DNA of 28,875 nucleotides from a virus (lineage: Duplodnaviria; Caudoviricetes). Below the pieces are notes generated by a model. That model was not told where the DNA came from. It was given only the letters and a program-made list of their open reading frames with translations, and did not search any database. The stretch spans positions 1 through 28,875 of IMG/VR virus record IMGVR_UViG_3300005573_000237; one strand, given 5' to 3'. Shown here piece by piece: positions 1 to 9,544 of the stretch (positions within the stretch are counted from its first letter, which is position 1; each line of letters opens with the position of its first letter). Position numbers and translations under genes: made by a program.

Positions 1-1231
1 GGCTACTATAGCCTGTTGCTTGGTCAAGCCAAGCATATGGGTAGATCCATATCTCGGCTGTAAGGCTGGAGGGCTTCCAGCTAGATGAATCAGGAACCGC
101 CACGTAATCATCCACGCCGTCAAATGAGAGGTATGTTGCGGCTGGCCTCATCCTTAGCCAGTAATTCGTTCCTCTAGCGATCGACCGCATGACATCTAGC
201 GCGGTCTGGTTCTCTATCTCCCAGTTGCTCAGGAGGCTTGGGCCATCGTCCACGCCCAATGTATTGACGTCCTGCTCAAGCGCCGCGAGGTCTCGAATAA
301 TGTCGCCGGCTTTTGTCCCGGTCTGGTATAGGCGGTAGACGACCTGCCGGTCATAGAGTATCAGCGGGCTGTATGCCGTGGCCTCCACGCCCACGTAATT
401 CCCATCATGTCTCTTCCGCCTCTCATAGACGATGCCCTCGAAAAATACCTTACCATCCCGCCTGACCCTAACCTTCTGGCCGACCCTTAGATCCGCGTTC
501 GCGAGGGTGAACTCCACCCGCTCAAGCTCACGGCTAGTCAGGCCATGGCGCAGTGATACTAGCCGCGAGGTCTGGTCGAAAAATTCTCTATTCCATGCCG
601 CGCCGTAGATCGTCCCATGATTCCCATAGCCCGAATAATCGTAAACCGTGGTGCCGGAGCCCTCATCCATCTTGAGCCATAAGACTAAGCCGGAAGTGAT
701 TGGTGAATCCGGGTTCTGGTAATTATATTGTATCTCGCTACCACTTAGTGCGCGATTATAGATTAGAACTTGATATATTCTTCCTTGAGAGCGGTAGGCG
801 TTTGTATAGGTTTGACCAATGTAGAGATTGACGGTGTTACCAGTTGTCGCCGGGACATCGTTTCGAGAGGATTTTAACACACCATTCAGGTAGCCGCCTA
901 GCCACGAGCCGTTGAGAACCATTGCATAGTAGTTTAACGTGTTCAGCGAATGTGGAACAGAAACGATGTAAAGAGTATTATTCGCATGAATCCTATATTG
1001 CATGGTTGAAGCGGTAAATTCCCAGTTATAGTTTGCCGTCGTCTCGGTCCTTTTATCAATTAATACGCCAACTGAATAATCGGACTGCCACCCCGTCAAA
1101 TAAGCCCACATGATGATAGTTATCAGGTTACCCGATGCGACGTTCAGCAAATCATTATGAGGCACTACAACATAGTCATCTATACCGTCGAAGCTTAGGT
1201 ATGGCCTCTCGACCTCGAGCGTTATCGTCAC
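1..1231 (-). CDS. Tail tip/baseplate hub-like protein with LamG (concanavalin A-like) domains; runs off the left edge
   Basis: Not in the ORF track. GTG at 1231 overlaps the upstream stop (GTGA) and the frame is open to the window edge: MTITLEVERPYLSFDGIDDYVVVPH...YLNGVL...IYNRALSGSEI...SGLVLWLKMDEGSGTTVYDYSGYGNHGTIYGAAW...VRVRRDGKVFFEGIV...YLSFDGVDDYVAVP. Confidence 0.85.
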   Translation of the reverse strand, partial: MTITLEVERPYLSFDGIDDYVVVPHNDLLNVASGNLITIIMWAYLTGWQSDYSVGVLIDKRTETTANYNWEFTASTMQYRIHANNTLYIVSVPHSLNTLNYYAMVLNGSWLGGYLNGVLKSSRNDVPATTGNTVNLYIGQTYTNAYRSQGRIYQVLIYNRALSGSEIQYNYQNPDSPITSGLVLWLKMDEGSGTTVYDYSGYGNHGTIYGAAWNREFFDQTSRLVSLRHGLTSRELERVEFTLANADLRVGQKVRVRRDGKVFFEGIVYERRKRHDGNYVGVEATAYSPLILYDRQVVYRLYQTGTKAGDIIRDLAALEQDVNTLGVDDGPSLLSNWEIENQTALDVMRSIARGTNYWLRMRPAATYLSFDGVDDYVAVPDSSSWKPSSLTAEIWIYPYAWLDQATGYSS

Positions 1232-1446
1232 TTCTCAACCACCTCCAAGACCTCGATCTCGCACGGCTTCTTCGAGTCCTCATCATGATGGCAGCAGTGC
1301 CTCTGGATTATGTATGGCGGGGCCATGAGGCTCTTGATCAGGCTTATGGCCTCGTCCTCGGGCATGTCGTCAAGGTCTATCCTGATGAAGTCCGGCTCCT
1401 CATCCTCCCTAGCCGCGACCCCCATGGCCTCGACGTATGTCTTCAT
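1228..1446 (-). CDS. Small acidic hypothetical protein with HCCHH...C motif
   Basis: GGAGGTGG RBS; start/stop overlaps with both neighbours. Confidence 0.7.
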   Translation of the reverse strand: MKTYVEAMGVAAREDEEPDFIRIDLDDMPEDEAISLIKSLMAPPYIIQRHCCHHDEDSKKPCEIEVLEVVEK

Positions 1447-1613
1447 GATTCCACCTCCTTCAGCTTGTCAAGCAGCTTCTTGGGGATCTTGTCGAGGATC
1501 TTCTCCCTGCCGCGGCCCTTCCCGGGGTCGAGCCTCAGGCGTATCTCCGTGGGCCAGACATCATGCTTGCCCGACCTGTTCTCGCCGATGAGGTGAAGCC
1601 TCTTCGCGCTCAT
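1443..1613 (-). CDS. Small basic hypothetical protein (56 aa, MSAKRLHLIGENR...)
   Basis: Below the ORF-track cutoff; fills the gap exactly with ATGA overlaps at both ends. Confidence 0.65.
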   Translation of the reverse strand: MSAKRLHLIGENRSGKHDVWPTEIRLRLDPGKGRGREKILDKIPKKLLDKLKEVES

Positions 1614-1822
1614 GCTCTCGCCCCCAACATTAGGCCCGCGATTAAGAAGATCAGAAACAACTGCTCATGCGTGAGCGGCGCGGCCCACAGGTCGCTTAGC
1701 TTCACCACGTATCCCTCCTTCACCGCCTCATCCACCAAAACGAGGAAGGCCATGAATATCATTCCGAGGCCCAGCCTGAGCCGCCAATTCTTCCTAAGCT
1801 CTTCCAACCATTTCATTTTCAC
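1610..1822 (-). CDS. Small two-TM membrane protein (holin-like candidate)
   Basis: Two hydrophobic stretches; start overlaps the tape measure stop. Confidence 0.65.
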   Translation of the reverse strand: MKMKWLEELRKNWRLRLGLGMIFMAFLVLVDEAVKEGYVVKLSDLWAAPLTHEQLFLIFLIAGLMLGARA

Positions 1823-4719
1823 ATCGCCCTCAGCCTCTGGACCAGCTTGCGCGAGACTATCTCGGCCAAGACGTTGGGGTCGGCCACGCCTCCCGCGTTC
1901 ACGCTAATGTTTACCTGGATGTTCTTCTGCGCGGCCACGGGGCCATAATTCCGGAACCACTCCGCCACGTTTCTCGGCAAGACCATCTCGCCGCGGTGAA
2001 GGTAGTATAGGCCCTCGCGCGCATACCACTCGCCGAGCTGGGCCGGCTTGGCCCCGACATTTCTCGACTCGGGCGCCGTCCCGAATCCTCCCCCGCCTCC
2101 TCCACCGCCTTCCTTTACGGTTATCTCGTGATGATAGTGATACGTGTGAACCGTCATGCCATCTAGCTTGGCGAGCTCGCTCCTGAAGCCCTGCACCTTC
2201 TCGATGTTGGCCTGCACCTCGTCCTTGAATTTTTGCAGTATGCCCGTGAAGTTCATCACGGGCCTTCCGCTCTCGTCGAACTGGACGCCAAGGAGCTGCA
2301 GGATATTCTTGAACTCTTCCTCGGTCACTATCCCGTCGCTCTGCGCATTGGTCAAGGCCATGATCACGCTCATGAACGTGTTGGCGGTATCGCCCGCGCC
2401 CATCATCGCTAGCTGGAGCGCGGTCTGCATAAGCGACAACTGCTGCGTGGTGAAGCTTAGGACATCTTGAACCGCCTTGAGCCTCTCCTGCGTCGCTATC
2501 TGCTCCGCCGTCAGACTTATCGAGTCAAGCAATGTCTGCTTCCGGTTCTCCCACTCGGCTATCTCCTGCTTAAGCTGGTTAATCGCGCCCGCCAAGAGCT
2601 CGCGCTCCCTCTGAGATTGTTGGGCCTGTAATTCATATGCCTCAAGCTGCTCCTTCCGCTTCTGGATCTCGGCGTCTATGGCCTGAAGCTCATCGATTAT
2701 CAGGGCCCGGTTCACGCTCAGCATCGTGTTGTAGTAGCTTATACCGTATCCGGCTATCTCGCTCGCGACACTTAATCCCTTCATCTTTTTCTCGGCGCCC
2801 ATGACCTGCTCGTTCAGCCTGCTGAAGTAGTTGAACGCCTCCTCGAGAGCCTTCGGTATCTCGCCGCCCTTCTCGATCACCTTCCCCATCGCCTCCCTCA
2901 GCTTGTCGAGGTTGCTTGTGAGGGGCCCGGTGATTGCGCCATAGTTCACAACCGAGCTAGCCGCATCATACATGGCCTTGACGAGATCCTCGAGACTTTC
3001 TGCATGCTCCTTCGTCTTGTCTTTGGCGTTTTCCTGGGCTTGGGCCTCCTGCTCCAAGGCCATGATCAACTGCTTGGCCTGATCCTCCGTCAAGCCAAGC
3101 GCATCCTTAAGCTTCTTAACGATGTCCGCGTGCTCGTCATAGGTTATGTTCAGGCCGAACATCTTGTTGATCAGCTCGGCCACCGTCTCGCCTTGTAGCC
3201 CGAAGCTTCGGGCCACCTGCTGGATGATCGAGGCCGCCTTCTCATAGTCTATCGTGGCCCTGTTAAGCCCTTCCTGCTCCTCTTTCGTTTTCTTGATCTG
3301 CTCGGCGATCCCCTTGAACGCGTCCGGCACCTCAACGCCCGCATCAACAGCTCTCTCGACCAAGTCCATGATGTATTCGCCGGATAGCGCGACCGCGTCC
3401 GCGATCTTAAGCGCCTCGGCGGCGGTTATGTCTCCCGCCTGAACCCATCCCCTCAGCCACTGGGCCGCCGCCTCCTCCGACACGTCGCCCAAGATCCTCA
3501 GGTGCGTCTCGATGTATGCGAGATACTGGTCAAATTTTGAGCCCATCACCGCGCCCAGTATCCCCTGCCACGAGGTTACCACCGCGTCGGCCACCTTGAA
3601 GAATCCCAGCTTAAGCTCCTCCAAGACGCCGGCCTGCGCGCCGAACCTCCTCATCAGCCGGTCGTTCTCGGCCTCGACCCTCGCGATCTTGCCCGCCGTT
3701 GTTTCGAGATAGTTGGCGTAGGCCTCCCATGAGGTGCCGCTTCTCGAGATCTCGGCGTTGAGCTCCTGGATGTTCTCGGTCATCTGCGCGAAGGTCATTA
3801 GCGCCTTGAGCGCCCTAACATCAACGCCCTGAAGCCTCTCCTGCATGTCGGCGAAGCTCATGCCGCTGCTCCTGACCGTGTTGATCACGTCTAGCATGAT
3901 GTCGTTCACGTTCCTCAGGTTTCCCTCCACATCTCTTATCGGGACACCGAGCTTCCCGGCGATCTCATAGAGATCCAGCAGGAAGCGATTGAACATGGTG
4001 CCGGCCTCCTGCGCCGAGCCAACACGCCTTTCCAAGACCACCAACCATGAAGTGGCCTCCTCAAGATCCATGCCCATGGCCCGCGCGGTCGCGCCCACGT
4101 TAGCCAAGCCCTGCGCGAAATCATTAGCAGAACCAATACCAAGACGCGACGCATTGACAAGAGTATCAACAACCCGGCGGGCCTGGTCGCCGGTTATGCC
4201 GAACTGGGCCATGACCTGGACCATGTTATTCGCGGCTGTCGAGAAATCCACGCCCTCTAGCTTCGCCAAGACTATCGCGTCCTTGAGCGCCATCATCGCG
4301 TCCCTCCCGCTCAGGCCCGCCTTGACCAAGGACTCGAGAGCGGCTATCGCCTGCTCGCCCGTCACGGCCAACTGATACGCCGCCGAGGAGGCCATGACGC
4401 GGTAGGCCAGCGAGAGCCCCTCTATGCTCTGCCCCGCCTGGGCCGATAGGCTCGCCAGTCTCACGGCGGCGGCCTCAAATCTTGTAAAAGCCTTAACGCT
4501 ATCCTCAACCCAATCCTTGACATCTCGCAAAATGCTGAAGCCTATGAGGCCGCCTATCACGCCAGTCGCAATTTTCCCAAGCTCGCCTAGGACTGATGAG
4601 GCCTTGCCGCTTGCCTTCCCGAGATCGTTCAAGCTCTCGGAAGCTTTCCTGACCGCGTTCGATATCTCCTCCTGAGCCCTCAGGACTATCGTGACGAGAT
4701 AGGTGCCAAGCTCCGGCAT
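1819..4719 (-). CDS. Tail tape measure protein
   Basis: 966 aa, Ala/Gly-rich and helical; TP901-like core (GLANVGATARAMGMDLEEA...SAQEAGT); C-terminal LHRGEMVLP motif; follows the tail chaperone. Confidence 0.93.
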   Translation of the reverse strand: MPELGTYLVTIVLRAQEEISNAVRKASESLNDLGKASGKASSVLGELGKIATGVIGGLIGFSILRDVKDWVEDSVKAFTRFEAAAVRLASLSAQAGQSIEGLSLAYRVMASSAAYQLAVTGEQAIAALESLVKAGLSGRDAMMALKDAIVLAKLEGVDFSTAANNMVQVMAQFGITGDQARRVVDTLVNASRLGIGSANDFAQGLANVGATARAMGMDLEEATSWLVVLERRVGSAQEAGTMFNRFLLDLYEIAGKLGVPIRDVEGNLRNVNDIMLDVINTVRSSGMSFADMQERLQGVDVRALKALMTFAQMTENIQELNAEISRSGTSWEAYANYLETTAGKIARVEAENDRLMRRFGAQAGVLEELKLGFFKVADAVVTSWQGILGAVMGSKFDQYLAYIETHLRILGDVSEEAAAQWLRGWVQAGDITAAEALKIADAVALSGEYIMDLVERAVDAGVEVPDAFKGIAEQIKKTKEEQEGLNRATIDYEKAASIIQQVARSFGLQGETVAELINKMFGLNITYDEHADIVKKLKDALGLTEDQAKQLIMALEQEAQAQENAKDKTKEHAESLEDLVKAMYDAASSVVNYGAITGPLTSNLDKLREAMGKVIEKGGEIPKALEEAFNYFSRLNEQVMGAEKKMKGLSVASEIAGYGISYYNTMLSVNRALIIDELQAIDAEIQKRKEQLEAYELQAQQSQRERELLAGAINQLKQEIAEWENRKQTLLDSISLTAEQIATQERLKAVQDVLSFTTQQLSLMQTALQLAMMGAGDTANTFMSVIMALTNAQSDGIVTEEEFKNILQLLGVQFDESGRPVMNFTGILQKFKDEVQANIEKVQGFRSELAKLDGMTVHTYHYHHEITVKEGGGGGGGGFGTAPESRNVGAKPAQLGEWYAREGLYYLHRGEMVLPRNVAEWFRNYGPVAAQKNIQVNISVNAGGVADPNVLAEIVSRKLVQRLRAM

Positions 4720-4760
4720 GCCGATCCCCCACTCGATCTAATGTTTTTAAGTCTGAATTT

Positions 4761-4997
4761 CTAGCGCCACCTAAATTTTCTCGCTTTTCTCTCGCCCCTC
4801 TTACTCATAGCCTTCTGCGGCTCGATGTCATGGATGATCAGTGTCGCGAGATAATATGCGATCTCCGCCTCGGTCATGTTCATGATGTCCTCATGAGACC
4901 AGTGGTAGTGCTCGGCTAGGAGGTGCTCTACGAAATACCCGGGATCAAGCCTTCTCTGGATTCTCGCCGCGCCGATAACCCGGCTCGCGTTAAAAAA
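4761..4997 (-). CDS. gpT-like -1 frame extension of the tail chaperone
   Basis: The -1 frame is open from the heptamer to TAG at 4763-4761: FNASRVIGAARIQRRLDPGYFVEHLLAEHYHWSHEDIMNMTEAEIAYYL... Confidence 0.8.
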   Translation of the reverse strand, partial: FFNASRVIGAARIQRRLDPGYFVEHLLAEHYHWSHEDIMNMTEAEIAYYLATLIIHDIEPQKAMSKRGERKARKFRWR

Positions 4998-5356
4998 TTA
5001 TACTCCACGACCGCGCTCAACAGCTCGCGCCAAGTGTTGATGTCTAGCTCGTCAAGCTTCTCCTCGGTCATTCCCTCCACGCTCATGAGTAATAGCTTTT
5101 TCTCGAACTCGTATTGCGTCTTCTCGCTCTCCTCGATGATCCTCTTCTTTTTCTCAAGATCGCTCTCGCGCTCTAGCTCGCGGCCAAGGCTCATCAAGTA
5201 AGATGAGAGATAAGAAAGCCCGGATTCAAACATCTCCTTGCGTGTTAATCGTCTTATCATATATTCTTGGTCTAGGATCTTGATCATCTTTTTCCGCTCG
5301 AAGAGGTTGGATTTGGCCGCGGATTGAGCAAGCTCCTTGACACGTTCAACCGACAT
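4928..5356 (-). CDS. Tail assembly chaperone (gpG-like)
   Basis: Lies between tail tube region and tape measure; carries slippery T TTT TTA near its 3' end. Confidence 0.8.
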   Translation of the reverse strand: MSVERVKELAQSAAKSNLFERKKMIKILDQEYMIRRLTRKEMFESGLSYLSSYLMSLGRELERESDLEKKKRIIEESEKTQYEFEKKLLLMSVEGMTEEKLDELDINTWRELLSAVVEYNFLTRAGLSARRESREGLIPGIS

Positions 5357-5424
5357 GCTTGATTAGTCTAGCTAAAGGCTAAAAATCCTGAGAAAAAATT
5401 TGAAACCGCGTTATAGCCTAGGCT

Positions 5425-5769
5425 TTATAGCTTTTCTTTCAAGACCATGATCGCCTTCTCGGCCGCGGGCTTCATGTATGGCCTCGGGGCCATCTTCCTT
5501 GTTCCAAACTCAACAAACGGCGCGTAATATGGTTTTCCCTTCTCCTTTGTCGGCCAACCGGCTGAGACCACGTGCTCGAACGGGCTTTTCTTCTCGAGCT
5601 TGATAGAGCGATATAGCAAGCCGGTTCTGATTGGCACGACTTGCTTCGCGGTCACGTATGCCTCTATCGCGGCCTCGGCCAGCGCGTCGATAACCTTTTT
5701 CTTGAATTTCTCGATGGCGTCATCTATGAACTTGATGGGCTCGCCTTGAATTACTATCTCAATCTTCAT
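5425..5769 (-). CDS. HK97 gp10-like tail completion/neck protein
   Basis: VPIRTGLLYRSI and YAPFVEFGTRKMAPRPYMKPA motifs. Confidence 0.9.
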   Translation of the reverse strand: MKIEIVIQGEPIKFIDDAIEKFKKKVIDALAEAAIEAYVTAKQVVPIRTGLLYRSIKLEKKSPFEHVVSAGWPTKEKGKPYYAPFVEFGTRKMAPRPYMKPAAEKAIMVLKEKL

Positions 5770-5772
5770 TTT

Positions 5773-6669
5773 TTAGTATGCTGCTATGTCGTCCTTGACC
5801 TCGACCGTTATCGTCTTAGGCTTGAGCCTCACGGTCTGCGTTAATACGTCTCCGGCGAAATCGACCTCGCCCTCCCATTCCACGAGGCAATCATCTAGCG
5901 TGAACTTGATGTAATCACTTGTGCTTCTCTGGAAGTTGATCACCGCATCGACGGTTGATTTGTTGAGCATCATGTCCATGAACGTGTAGTCCTCGAACAA
6001 TAGGTCTAGCTCGGCCTCGTATTCCGCGCCGGTCAGGGCGAATCCAGAGATGTAGTCGCCGCTTCTCGGCCTCTCCTCAAGATTGTTGTTCACGGTTATG
6101 CTCGCGGACGTGACTATCGCGTATGCGGTGCCGCCCACGCTGAACGTCATGTCGGTAAACTTGTATGGCGTCTTGCTCGGGATCGCGATGTTCGGGTCAG
6201 TGTATGGCGAGACCTTGGTCACCTGCTTAGCCCTGCAATCTAGGCTGACGGTCGCGATTCCATCCGCATCTACCGAGAACTTCATGCTGTCTACCAACAC
6301 GCCGACGGCCCTCTCGGCCACGCCTGATGCGCCTATCCTCGCACATTCAACTGTTATGCTTTTTAGCGATGTCCCGATCTCGATTGTGTGAGTGTATGGC
6401 GGGGCCGTGCCGGAGTTCGTCACCTTGCCGAACACGTATTTCAGGAACTTTCCCGTGAGCGGGTAAAACTCGATTGAGGGGGAGAAGTTCAGGCCTATCG
6501 GGAGCCTCGCCTGATAGACCCTGTCGCCTGCTCTTATGTCCTCTGCGACCAACTCGGGGCCGGCGTTGAACGTGGTGGCCAGCCCGAACACGTCGCTCAT
6601 GGTGGCGGCCGAGCCGTATGTTGTCTCCTCGCCGTAGTAGAGCTTCCTTACCTGAAACGTGCTGCTCAT
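5773..6669 (-). CDS. Major tail tube protein
   Basis: N-terminal YGEETTYG, YTHTI, SITVNNNLE; beta-rich; position in the tail operon. Confidence 0.82.
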   Translation of the reverse strand: MSSTFQVRKLYYGEETTYGSAATMSDVFGLATTFNAGPELVAEDIRAGDRVYQARLPIGLNFSPSIEFYPLTGKFLKYVFGKVTNSGTAPPYTHTIEIGTSLKSITVECARIGASGVAERAVGVLVDSMKFSVDADGIATVSLDCRAKQVTKVSPYTDPNIAIPSKTPYKFTDMTFSVGGTAYAIVTSASITVNNNLEERPRSGDYISGFALTGAEYEAELDLLFEDYTFMDMMLNKSTVDAVINFQRSTSDYIKFTLDDCLVEWEGEVDFAGDVLTQTVRLKPKTITVEVKDDIAAY

Positions 6670-7916
6670 GGCCTTTCAGCCTCGCCCCCGGTTTTTATTT
6701 CTGAAATGCTGTTGAACAATTCTAGCGTGAGGTCGTATGCGCTCTTGGCGTCAAGCAGCCCGGCGCCCGCGATGTTGCGCGAGTCGTAGACTATGGGCCA
6801 CGCCTCGCCGAATAGCTTGACCAGGCGCTCCAGCACGCTCGGCCTCTTCACGGCTTTTCTCTTGTAGACTATCTTCTTGTCGGCCTCGTAGACGATGGGG
6901 ATCGGCTTGGCCGAGAGGTGGAGCAATCTCCTGACCGCGACCGGCGACCTGAGAATGCTGTTCATTATCGCGGCTATGGACGTGGCCCATGGCGTGGCGA
7001 AGCTCGTGCCCTCAAGTAGCTCGTTGTCGAAGATGAAGACGCCGGGGGCCACGAGGTCTGGCTTGAACCTGCCGTCAAGTGTTGGGCCGCGCGAGGAGTA
7101 TTTCCAAATCCGGCCATAGGCGTCGGTCGCGCCGACCGTTATCGCGTTCTTGCTCGCGCCCGGCGACCCTATGGTGCAGAATGATGGGCCGCCGTTCCCC
7201 GCGGCGATGCATGTCGCGATCTTCTTTTCCTGAGCAAGATAGTTTACGTAAAGCGATAGGGGGTCTTCGCCGTCGCTCCAATACTCGCTCTGGATGCTCA
7301 TATTAACCGCGTGAACCCCCAGCTCTATGCATTTCTCGAGCGCCGAGATTAGCAGGTAGTCTGGGACGTCCTCGCCGATGAGCTGGATCACGCCTATCTC
7401 GGCCTTCGGCGCGAGGCGAAAAATAATCTCGTGAATGTAGCTGCCATGCTCCTCGCGATCCACGACGCTCATGTTGTGCATGCTGATCTTGAACGATGAT
7501 GGCGCGTCAGGCGATACGCCGGTGTCGATTATCGCGATCTTGGCGCCCTCGCCTTTCACGCCCTCGATCTGCAAGTCTATGAAGCGAGTGGTCTTCATCG
7601 CGTCATCAAACGTGCCGTATTTCTTGACCCCCTTGGCCACAGGCCTTACCTTGCCGGACATGAAGCGGAAGCTCATGCTCTTGCATATGTAATCGCCCTC
7701 GCCCTCCTTGACCTTCTTGAACGCCTCCTCGAGATCCTCGGTTTTCTCGATTTTCCCGGTCTTCCGGCATACCCAGAAGTATTTACCTTGCCTCTCGTCC
7801 TTCTTGACCAGGTATTCCCACTTCTCGCCGAACGGGCAGACCTCGCGGGAGCAGGCTAGTGGCACGCGCTTTCCGCAGAAGTATCGGCCATTAGACTTTA
7901 TGCGGTAGATGCACAT
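6666..7916 (-). CDS. S8 (subtilisin-family) serine protease with Cys-rich N-terminus
   Basis: IAIIDTG, EHGS, AAGNGG, SSRGPT..GRFKPDLVAPG, GTSFATP. Start moved to ATG 7916, which follows GGAGGTGG and the upstream stop. Confidence 0.9.
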   Translation of the reverse strand: MCIYRIKSNGRYFCGKRVPLACSREVCPFGEKWEYLVKKDERQGKYFWVCRKTGKIEKTEDLEEAFKKVKEGEGDYICKSMSFRFMSGKVRPVAKGVKKYGTFDDAMKTTRFIDLQIEGVKGEGAKIAIIDTGVSPDAPSSFKISMHNMSVVDREEHGSYIHEIIFRLAPKAEIGVIQLIGEDVPDYLLISALEKCIELGVHAVNMSIQSEYWSDGEDPLSLYVNYLAQEKKIATCIAAGNGGPSFCTIGSPGASKNAITVGATDAYGRIWKYSSRGPTLDGRFKPDLVAPGVFIFDNELLEGTSFATPWATSIAAIMNSILRSPVAVRRLLHLSAKPIPIVYEADKKIVYKRKAVKRPSVLERLVKLFGEAWPIVYDSRNIAGAGLLDAKSAYDLTLELFNSISEIKTGGEAERP

Positions 7917-7918
7917 CC

Positions 7919-8296
7919 CTATACCACCTCCTTGAGCACCAGAAGCATGGTCTTCCGGTAGACCCCCTCCTCCTCGATGTCTAGGGTGCGGTATATCGTG
8001 GCCGCCCACCAGCCATAATTCCTATAATGTTCTTGCCAATTCCCGAGAAGAGACTCAACTATCTTCTCATAGGCCTCATCCCTAGCCTTCGCGGATCTAT
8101 GCCAGATGTCTATCTGGAACTCGTATGCGCGGAGCGTCCTCTCGGTCTTAGCTATGACCTCGGCGCCACCGCCTTGATGCATTATCGTGATTAGCGGGAT
8201 GCTGTCGTTCGGCCCCATCCACCCCACCTTGACCGGGAGGCCGGTCGCGGCCTTGATCACGGCGCTCAGGTTCTCCACCACGCTTACCAATGTCAT
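7919..8296 (-). CDS. Putative tail terminator/completion protein
   Basis: 125 aa; P-x-I-T-I and YEFQIDIW pattern; synteny. Confidence 0.7.
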   Translation of the reverse strand: MTLVSVVENLSAVIKAATGLPVKVGWMGPNDSIPLITIMHQGGGAEVIAKTERTLRAYEFQIDIWHRSAKARDEAYEKIVESLLGNWQEHYRNYGWWAATIYRTLDIEEEGVYRKTMLLVLKEVV

Positions 8297-9132
8297 ATCA
8301 TCACCACCCTATGCGGGAGTTTGCGCTTGAGATCCTCGATCTCGGCCTTGAGGTATTCAAGGCGCTTCGTGATTTCCTCGGGCTTCCTGAAGGCTAGCGC
8401 CACCTTGCCTTGGTATTCGGGCTCGGTTGCCATGAGGCTAGAGATCTTTAGCAGCAAGTGGTAGGCAGCTATGAGCGTGGTCGCGTGAGATACTATCGCG
8501 GGTATCGGGTCATATCCACCCATATACTTGACCTCGATTAGTATCTGCAAGGGGAGATACCAGGGCTTGACCGGCGCGCCCGCGTAATACTTCCTCAACT
8601 CGATTATGCCGTTAGGGCTGAAGATGTAGTCGCTCGGGAGGAGCTCCTCGATGAATTCTAGGCTAGGCGTGTAGATCCTGATGTATGAGACTGAGATCAA
8701 CGGCGTGTTCGTGACCGCGAGCTTGTTGCCTCGCGTCAATAGAAACCTCTCGACATGCTCCTTCTTCTCGAAGCTTCTACCGCACTCGTTGTCTATTTCT
8801 ACCTCAGCCGCCTCTATCGCGGCCTGAAGCTCCCTGTCGCCGAACGGGTGCCAGTAATAATCCGCGGCCACTTGAGCATCTTGCGGCGGGGCCTCCGCAA
8901 GCGTTATCCTTCCGGTAAGCTCATCTATGGCCTCAACCTCAGCCGGCGAGTCATTAACCTTAACCACAACGTCGTCGATGATCTGGCCGTCATAATCAAA
9001 ATCCACGAGCGGCTTATATTGCGTGTAGAACGCGCGCGTAGAGCCGTCTCCCCGCCCCAATAGCTCGCCCTCAACCTTGATCGGGTAGAATCCGAGATAG
9101 CTTCTCAGGTCTTTAACCGATGCGTATTTCAT
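8293..9132 (-). CDS. Head-tail adaptor (gp6/gp15-like) with inserted beta domain
   Basis: YASVKDLRSYLG, IEAAEVEIDNECGRSF, VKYMGGYDPIPAIV; insertion beginning GRGDGSTRAF. Confidence 0.78.
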   Translation of the reverse strand: MKYASVKDLRSYLGFYPIKVEGELLGRGDGSTRAFYTQYKPLVDFDYDGQIIDDVVVKVNDSPAEVEAIDELTGRITLAEAPPQDAQVAADYYWHPFGDRELQAAIEAAEVEIDNECGRSFEKKEHVERFLLTRGNKLAVTNTPLISVSYIRIYTPSLEFIEELLPSDYIFSPNGIIELRKYYAGAPVKPWYLPLQILIEVKYMGGYDPIPAIVSHATTLIAAYHLLLKISSLMATEPEYQGKVALAFRKPEEITKRLEYLKAEIEDLKRKLPHRVVMI

Positions 9133-9215
9133 GGCCGAGATAACCCGCGAAAATGTTAAAGATTTGAGAGGTTAAGCATCTCAGGCTTTTAGATTTTGCG
9201 TCCTACACGCCACAT

Positions 9216-9497
9216 ATGCGTTATTCTCATCTCGGGAGCGATTACGCGGAATGCGATATTTGCGGATCCACGCGGCACCTATGCATAGTTGTGCCGATAC
9301 CACGTGAAGGCGAAGACCATATCTCGGTTTGCATCATGTGTGCGAAAAGAATCGCTAAGGCATACACGCGTTTCGTGGCCACCGCGAAGAGCCGGAGCTA
9401 CCAGTATTGGTATAATGAGCGGCAGGCCATGAGGAAGGCCGGATTGGGAAGCGGCCTAGAGGCAAGTGACCTGAGAATAAAAACTAGGAAGGAATAA
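9216..9497 (+). CDS. Small Zn-finger protein
   Basis: CDIC...CIMC; own TCTCAG-TATA promoter; opposite strand to its neighbours. Confidence 0.65.
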   Translation: MRYSHLGSDYAECDICGSTRHLCIVVPIPREGEDHISVCIMCAKRIAKAYTRFVATAKSRSYQYWYNERQAMRKAGLGSGLEASDLRIKTRKE

Positions 9498-9544
9498 AAA
9501 ATAGGCTAGGATTATGCGATTGTCAAGCGGCTAGGCTAGTCGGC

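Noticed and set aside
2020-2034. 14/15 match between concatenated inter-TT bases of the pentamer array and the tape measure gene
   Set aside because: Needs an ad hoc parsing, does not extend, and is within chance expectation for a window of this size.
7917-8009. Longer N-terminus of the S8 protease ORF
   Set aside because: Overlaps the tail terminator gene; ATG 7916 has a good RBS.
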